NCBI GenBank assembly: GCA_030390025.1
Contig: CM059432.1
Coordinates: forward strand, 96,350,001-96,414,000
Source of the DNA: Squalus acanthias
Taxonomy: Eukaryota
Direction of reading: 5' to 3'
DNA: 64,000 nucleotides
Part shown: positions 58,391 through 64,000 of the stretch, piece by piece
Numbering within the stretch: the first letter of the stretch is position 1
Layout of the letters: every line of letters begins with the position of its first letter
Translations under genes and position numbers: made by a program
The notes under the pieces: model-generated
Told to the model about the DNA's origin: nothing
The model's database searches: none
The model's input: only the letters and a program-made list of their open reading frames with translations

Positions 58391-60350
58391 TAAATGAATA
58401 AATTGTATATGGCTAACTAGATTTGAACATATACAGGAAATAAATTGAACAGAGCCGAGGGAGTGGCAAACTGATAGATAAATCTAAAAACTTTTAATCA
58501 AGTTTAGGTTTTTGGGACAATGAAATTCTGCAGGTACACAGCCAATGAAAAAGTCACATGTAAAATTTGTCCAATGTCAACAGCCCAGGTAAGTAAATTT
58601 GAAATTGCCGGAAAGAGTTGTAAAGTGCTTCAAGAGGCATTTGAAAAGGCAATGGAGGGGTGTGTCAGACATGGCACTAAAATGAAAGTGAGACATCAGA
58701 ATGTGCACCAGGAAAATCAGATACAGATCCCACCCACTGGGTTAAGTACATTTTCAAATCAATGCAGGAGAATTAGAAGGACCTGGAGAAGTTGTGTTGA
58801 TTCTGTTCAATCTAGTCAACCAAACATACAGTTTGCTATGGCATTAATGGAGATATCTTCAGGGTGGATGGTCCCTAACAAACACTGCGCAATTTAAAAA
58901 AAAAATTATAAATATATATAAAACATTGTAATTCCTCCTAGTTTATCTGTTTAGCTCCCACATTCAAATACCTTTCTCAGTCAGGAGACTGGGCCCTCCC
59001 TCCAGCCTGCAGCCCTCTCCATTGGCACCACCAACAATGCCAGTTCATGATAAAAATGCAAACAGACATGCCTGGATGGAGCAGCCAGACAATCACCAGT
59101 TTTCTTTTTCCAAAGATTCAAGCTGAGTTGGGGAAACTCTCTCATCCAGCTTCCCCAGGTTTGGTCAAACTTCAAATTGAATTCAGGTTTCTTTAGATGT
59201 CCAATAACTTAATGTTTTAACTGCTAGGCTACATCTTCTCATGTGTAAGGGTTTTGACCCGTGTGGCTCTGTGCTCAGCCTGGGTGCTAGTGCGGGGTTA
59301 GGCCTTGTTGCCTGTTCTGGTCTCCAGCCAGTCTGGGAGCACTAGACACCTGTGAGTGGTTCGACCCACTCGCCCTTACGGTTCTGACACTGGACTTAGG
59401 TGCGAGAGCAATAATGCAGAGAAAACTCAGGTAGACCCGGTTGAATGGTACGAAATGGAAAATCTTTATTGCATATTATTCAAGATTACGAAATACATGT
59501 CATAAGCACAGATTAATGACAGTACAATCTTACACGCATTTATGTAACTAATTTTAGGGAAACGAGGAATGAACGACACATCGTAAATGGGGGCACACAT
59601 TACAGTTATCCTTAAAACTTAAACCCTCCCCTATCAATACCTGCTCTAAACTAGATTTGTAGGATCGAGACTCATGCTCACCACTCGTGATAACTCGGAG
59701 AATTCCGAAAACTCTGCTCGGATGTTTTTACCGCAGCACCTGATCACCCACGTGTTGATCAGGGGTCTCTGTACCCCACTTGTTTACTCGTTTCTGCTCC
59801 GGCTAGCAGGCTGGACCGTCTGCTGTCATGAAGATCTGTGTTGTCCTCGGAGTTCCGACTCTACTCAAAAAAGAGTCTTCCTGTGCCCTCGCACTGATGC
59901 GATAAAATTCGAAGAATAGTCTTCCGATGCCAGTTCTGTAAAGCTCAAAAGATAGTCTTCCTGGGCAAGGAAAGTGTCTATTTGACCTACAGGCGCGGTC
60001 GGGGCTTACTGACCGTGGCGATACGTATGGTCGTCTTCTTCTCTTCTCATCTCATCTCATCTCATCTCATCTCTTCTCGGGCCTTCGATTCCAACACCGT
60101 GTACCGACTTCTCGGGATGGTGTGCCCGTTTCAAGGCTTCACAGCCCAGTTCCACACAGATCTTCGCGGCAAGCCACGAGGCTGATCCTGACGGATCAGA
60201 AAGTTCGATAGTCTTTAAGAGCTGCAAGAGGCGGAGGCACGATGCAAGCGGCAAGAGGCAGGAGAATAAGAGAAAGATGGACGGTTGTAGCTTACAGTTA
60301 TAGTGCGAAAACTCTTCTTTTCCCGCCCAACCTTAATGTCTTTTCTTTTA

Positions 60351-63300
60351 CATAGATACATAGATACATAGAAGATAGGAGCAGGAGTAGGCCATCCGGC
60401 CCTTCGAGCCTGCTCCGCCATTTAACGAGATCATGGCTGATCCTCCAATTCAGTATCCCGTCCCCGCCTTCTCTCCGTAACCCTTAACCCCTTTTGCCTG
60501 TAGAAATATATCTAATTCCCTCTTAAATATATTTAATGAGCTGGCATACACTGCCCTCTGTGGCAATGAGTTCCACAGGTTCACCACCCTCTGAGTGAAG
60601 AAATTCCCCCTCATCTCTGTCCTAAATGGTTTAGCCCTTATCCTTAAATTATGTCCTCTAGTTCTGTTCTCACCCGCCAAGGGAAACATTCCTTCTGCAT
60701 CTAGTCTGTCTAGACCTGTCAGAATTTTATACACTTCTATGAGGTCCCCTCTCAATCTTCTAAACTCCAGTGTGTACATCCCTAAACTACATAGTCTCTC
60801 CTCATAGGTCAATCCCGCCATTCCTGGTATCAGCCTGGTGAATCGCCGCTGCACCCCCTCCATGGCAAGAACATCTTTCCTCAGATGAGGCGACCAAAAC
60901 TGTACACAGTACTCGAGGTGTGGTCTCACCAGTGCCCTGTACAGCTGCAGCAAGGTATCCCTGTTCCTGTATTCCAACCCTTTTGCTATGAAGGCCAGCA
61001 TACTGTTTGCCTTCCTAACCGCCTGCTGCACCTGCATGCTCGCCTTCAGTGACCGGTGTACAAGAACACCCAGGTCTCTCTGTACTTCCCCCTCTCCCAA
61101 TTTATTGCCATTTAAATAATAATTTGCCCTCCCGTTCCTGCACCCAAGGTGGATAACTTCGCACTTGTCCACATTATAGTGCATCTGCCATTTATCCGCC
61201 CAATCACCCAGTCTGTCCAAATCGCTCTGGAGCTTCCTGGTCTCCTCCTCTGAGCCCACCCCCCCTCCTAGTTTAGTGTCGTCTGCAAATTTGGAAATGC
61301 TGCATCCGACTCCCTGATCCAGGTCATTAATGTAAATTGTGAACAGCTGGGGACCCAGGACAGATCCCTGCGGTACCCCACTTGTTACTGCCTGCCATTC
61401 AGAAAATGAACCGTTTATTCCAACTCTCTGTTTTCTATCTGACAGCCAGTTCTCTATCCACGTCAATACTTTCCCCTTTATCCCCTGAGCTTCAATTTTC
61501 CATGCTAATCTTTTATGTGGGACCTTGTCGAAGGCCTTTTGGAAGTCCAGGTACACCACATCTACTGGCTCTCCCCCATCTATTTTACCAGTTACTCCCT
61601 CAAAAAATTCCAATAGTTTAGTCAAGCACGATTTACCCTTTGTAAATCCATGTTGACTCTGTCCTATCCTGTCCCCATTTGTTAAGTGCTCCGCTATTTC
61701 ATCCTTAATGATGGACTCCAGCATTTTGCCCACAACTGATGTAAGGCTTACAGGTCTGTAATTACCTGCTTTTTCCCTACCCCCCTTTTTGAATAGTGGG
61801 GTAACGTTAGCTACCCTCCAATCCATGGGCACTGTTCCCGAGTCTAATGAATTCTGAAAAATCATACTTAGTGCATCCGCTATCTCTAGGGCCACCTCCT
61901 TCAGTACCCTAGGATGCATGTTATCAGGCCCTGGGGATTTTTCCGCCTTCAATCCCTTTAGCTTCCTTAACACCATATCCTTAGAGATATTGATTTGCGT
62001 CAGTTCCTCCTTTGCCAATGTCCCTATTTTTCCCGATATCCCAGGGAGGTTTTTTGTGTCTTCCTTCGTAAAGACTGACCCAAAGTATGCATTTAGTTGG
62101 TCTGCCATTTCCTTATTTCCCGTTATATATTCCCCCGTATCTGACTGCAATGGACCAACTTTGGTTTTCACCAGTCTTTTCCTCTTGATATACTTATAAA
62201 AGCTTTTGGAGTTAGTTTTTATATTTTCCGCCAGCTTGCTTTCGTAAGCTATTTTGCCCCTCTTGATTAAGCCCTTTGTCCTCCTTTGCTCTATCTTAAA
62301 CTGTTCCCAATCTTCCGCTCTGGTGCTTTTTTTGGCTATTTTATACGCCCTATCTTTGGATTTTATGCTGTCTCTAATTTCCCCTGTTATCCACGGTTGA
62401 GTCACCTTTTTAGATTTCCTTTTATGCCAGATTGGTATAAACAATTTTTGCAATTTTGTCATTCTATCTTTAAATGCTTGCCATTGTTTATCTACCTCCA
62501 GTCCTCCCAGGAACGTTGTCCAATCAGACCTACTCAGTTCCCGTCTAATGGCATCATAATTCCCCTTGTTTAAATTCAGGACCTTAGTCTCTGAGTCAAT
62601 TTCTTCGCTCTCCATTTCGAGTGAGAAATCGATCATGTTATGATCGCTCTGACCCAAGGGTCCCCGTACAACAAGATTACTAATTAGTCCCTTCTCATTG
62701 CACAGTACCCAGTCCAATATAGCCTGTTCCCGAGTTGGTTCCTCGACATATTGATCCAGATAACCATCCCTTAAACACTCAAGGAATTCCTCCTCCTCAT
62801 TATTTTTACTGATTAGGCTAGTCCAATCTATATGTAAGTTAAAGTCACCTATGATGACAGCTGTGCTCTTATTGCACGCTTCTCTAATTTCCCTCGTGAT
62901 GCCCTCCCCAACCTCTATTTTACTATTTGGAGGCCTATATACCACTCCTATTAATGTTTTTCGCCCCTCGCTATTTCTTAGCTCCACCCATATAGATTCT
63001 GTATTAACTGAGTTAATATCCTTCCTTTCAATTGCATTTATCCCCTCTTTTACCAGCAATGCTACCCCTCCTCCCTTTCTTTTTTGTCGATCCTTCCTAA
63101 ATACTGAATACCCCTGTATGTTAAGCTCCCAGCCCTGCTCACCCTGCAACCATGTTTCCGTAATCCCAATTAGATCATAATTATTAACCTCTATTTCCAC
63201 AGCTAATTCATCTACCTTGTTCCTGATGCTTCTCGCATTAAGGTATAAAACCCTCAGGCTTTTTTTATGCTCACATTTTTTATGAATTAGTTTGGCCCTT

Positions 63301-63402
63301 TGTTTTTTGTTCCTCACCCTTTTACCATTTATTTCTGTCTGCCTTTCACTTTCCTCTATTTCACTACATAGGTTTCTAGCCCCCTGCCATACTAGTTTAA
63401 AT
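60351..63402 (-). mobile_element. Young CR1 LINE truncated at the end of ORF1
   Basis: (tatgtatc)n tail at 60351-60372; tttaaactag ORF1-end motif near 63400. Confidence 0.92.
60450..63317 (-). CDS. CR1 ORF2: APE endonuclease + reverse transcriptase, intact 955 aa
   Basis: YLNARS, ITETWL, YRPP, GDFN, SDH; NYRPVSLTS, DFQKAFD, GVPQGSVLGP, FADD, RPHLEYC; no stops. Confidence 0.95.
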   Translation of the reverse strand: MRNKKQRAKLIHKKCEHKKSLRVLYLNARSIRNKVDELAVEIEVNNYDLIGITETWLQGEQGWELNIQGYSVFRKDRQKRKGGGVALLVKEGINAIERKDINSVNTESIWVELRNSEGRKTLIGVVYRPPNSKIEVGEGITREIREACNKSTAVIIGDFNLHIDWTSLISKNNEEEEFLECLRDGYLDQYVEEPTREQAILDWVLCNEKGLISNLVVRGPLGQSDHNMIDFSLEMESEEIDSETKVLNLNKGNYDAIRRELSRSDWTTFLGGLEVDKQWQAFKDRMTKLQKLFIPIWHKRKSKKVTQPWITGEIRDSIKSKDRAYKIAKKSTRAEDWEQFKIEQRRTKGLIKRGKIAYESKLAENIKTNSKSFYKYIKRKRLVKTKVGPLQSDTGEYITGNKEMADQLNAYFGSVFTKEDTKNLPGISGKIGTLAKEELTQINISKDMVLRKLKGLKAEKSPGPDNMHPRVLKEVALEIADALSMIFQNSLDSGTVPMDWRVANVTPLFKKGGREKAGNYRPVSLTSVVGKMLESIIKDEIAEHLTNGDRIGQSQHGFTKGKSCLTKLLEFFEGVTGKIDGGEPVDVVYLDFQKAFDKVPHKRLAWKIEAQGIKGKVLTWIENWLSDRKQRVGINGSFSEWQAVTSGVPQGSVLGPQLFTIYINDLDQGVGCSISKFADDTKLGGGVGSEEETRKLQSDLDRLGDWADKWQMHYNVDKCEVIHLGCRNGRANYYLNGNKLGEGEVQRDLGVLVHRSLKASMQVQQAVRKANSMLAFIAKGLEYRNRDTLLQLYRALVRPHLEYCVQFWSPHLRKDVLAMEGVQRRFTRLIPGMAGLTYEERLCSLGMYTLEFRRLRGDLIEVYKILTGLDRLDAEGMFPLAGENRTRGHNLRIRAKPFRTEMRGNFFTQRVVNLWNSLPQRAVYASSLNIFKRELDIFLQAKGVKGYGEKAGTGY

Positions 63403-64000
63403 GCTCCCGAACTGCTTTGTTAGGGTTTTGGCGCTCAAATTTCTTGTATAGGGTGATCTCCGTTTTAATGGGTTTCGGGGGTACTCGTAACTGTCTGAGT
63501 ACCTGTTAATACTTTTCCCAATGTGTAACCGGTCGGTATTCTCCCTGGAGGGGTTTTGGGGCTTCCAAATGTTTTCTGTAACTACCCGCAAACGGCTCTC
63601 TCATCGTAGAGTCGTGGGGATTTTGCATATTAATGTCTTTGGATGGGTTCTTGATCACTTGGTACAATAGCCCTTATTCGCACCTGGGAGACCGATTTCA
63701 GTATTTATGTGTATACTGCAAACCCATAATGTCTTGTGTATTATCTCAAATGTGCTGAGTCTTGATCGATCTCGCACAAATGTTTATTGGAACGCCATCT
63801 TGTCTGCTTATCGAAAAGTCTAGAATGTTCTGCCACGAGGCGTGGCGGCCATCTTACAGGCTGCTTGTGTCCACTTTGAAAACCTGACAGCATTCTGCTG
63901 AAATAAAGCTGTTTGAACGAAACTATGTGTTTTCTCCTTATTTATAAAATCGCGATTATATTGCGAATTCTACACATGCATTGTACTTTATACATCCAAG

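Larger units (their letters stand above)
59244..63974 (-). mobile_element. Long solo LTR (family of 22471-24216) interrupted by a young CR1
   Basis: TGTA...TACA ends; 4-bp TSD CATG (59240-59243, 63975-63978); minus-strand AATAAA at 59465-59470; ~1.7 kb without the CR1. Confidence 0.9.

Noticed and set aside
58534..58588. 55-nt exon with CAG|GTAAGT
   Set aside because: Weak polypyrimidine tract, unrecognised peptide, and surroundings resemble decayed LINE.

Overview
Eukaryotic, repeat-dense, probably intronic or intergenic DNA. The repeat inventory points to a cartilaginous fish (inference): Deu-domain SINEs, esterase-ORF1 CR1 LINEs, Neptune-like Penelope elements and Harbinger elements. No host gene can be called confidently, and there are no rRNA, tRNA or CRISPR features. 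Most of the window is nested mobile elements whose ends and target-site duplications (TSDs) can be read directly. These comprise: two Penelope families carrying minimal hammerhead ribozymes; a full-length Gypsy inside a Harbinger; three Harbinger elements with 3-exon Myb/SANT genes; many Harbinger-type MITEs; a hAT element; four solo LTRs; a 5'-inverted RTE; a Tx1/L1 fragment; and several CR1-group LINEs, one with an intact 955-aa ORF2. The most unusual signals are (i) a covarying multi-stem fold with a tRNA T-loop/B-box-like hairpin at the U5 end of long solo LTRs, the hairpin being shared by two LTR families; (ii) a Penelope family whose 3' UTR stably carries a relic pseudo-LTR/ribozyme of another family; (iii) a Harbinger derivative that lost the transposase but kept the Myb gene; and (iv) a twin-priming-type inversion in an RTE. 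All calls were made by eye, without database searches.
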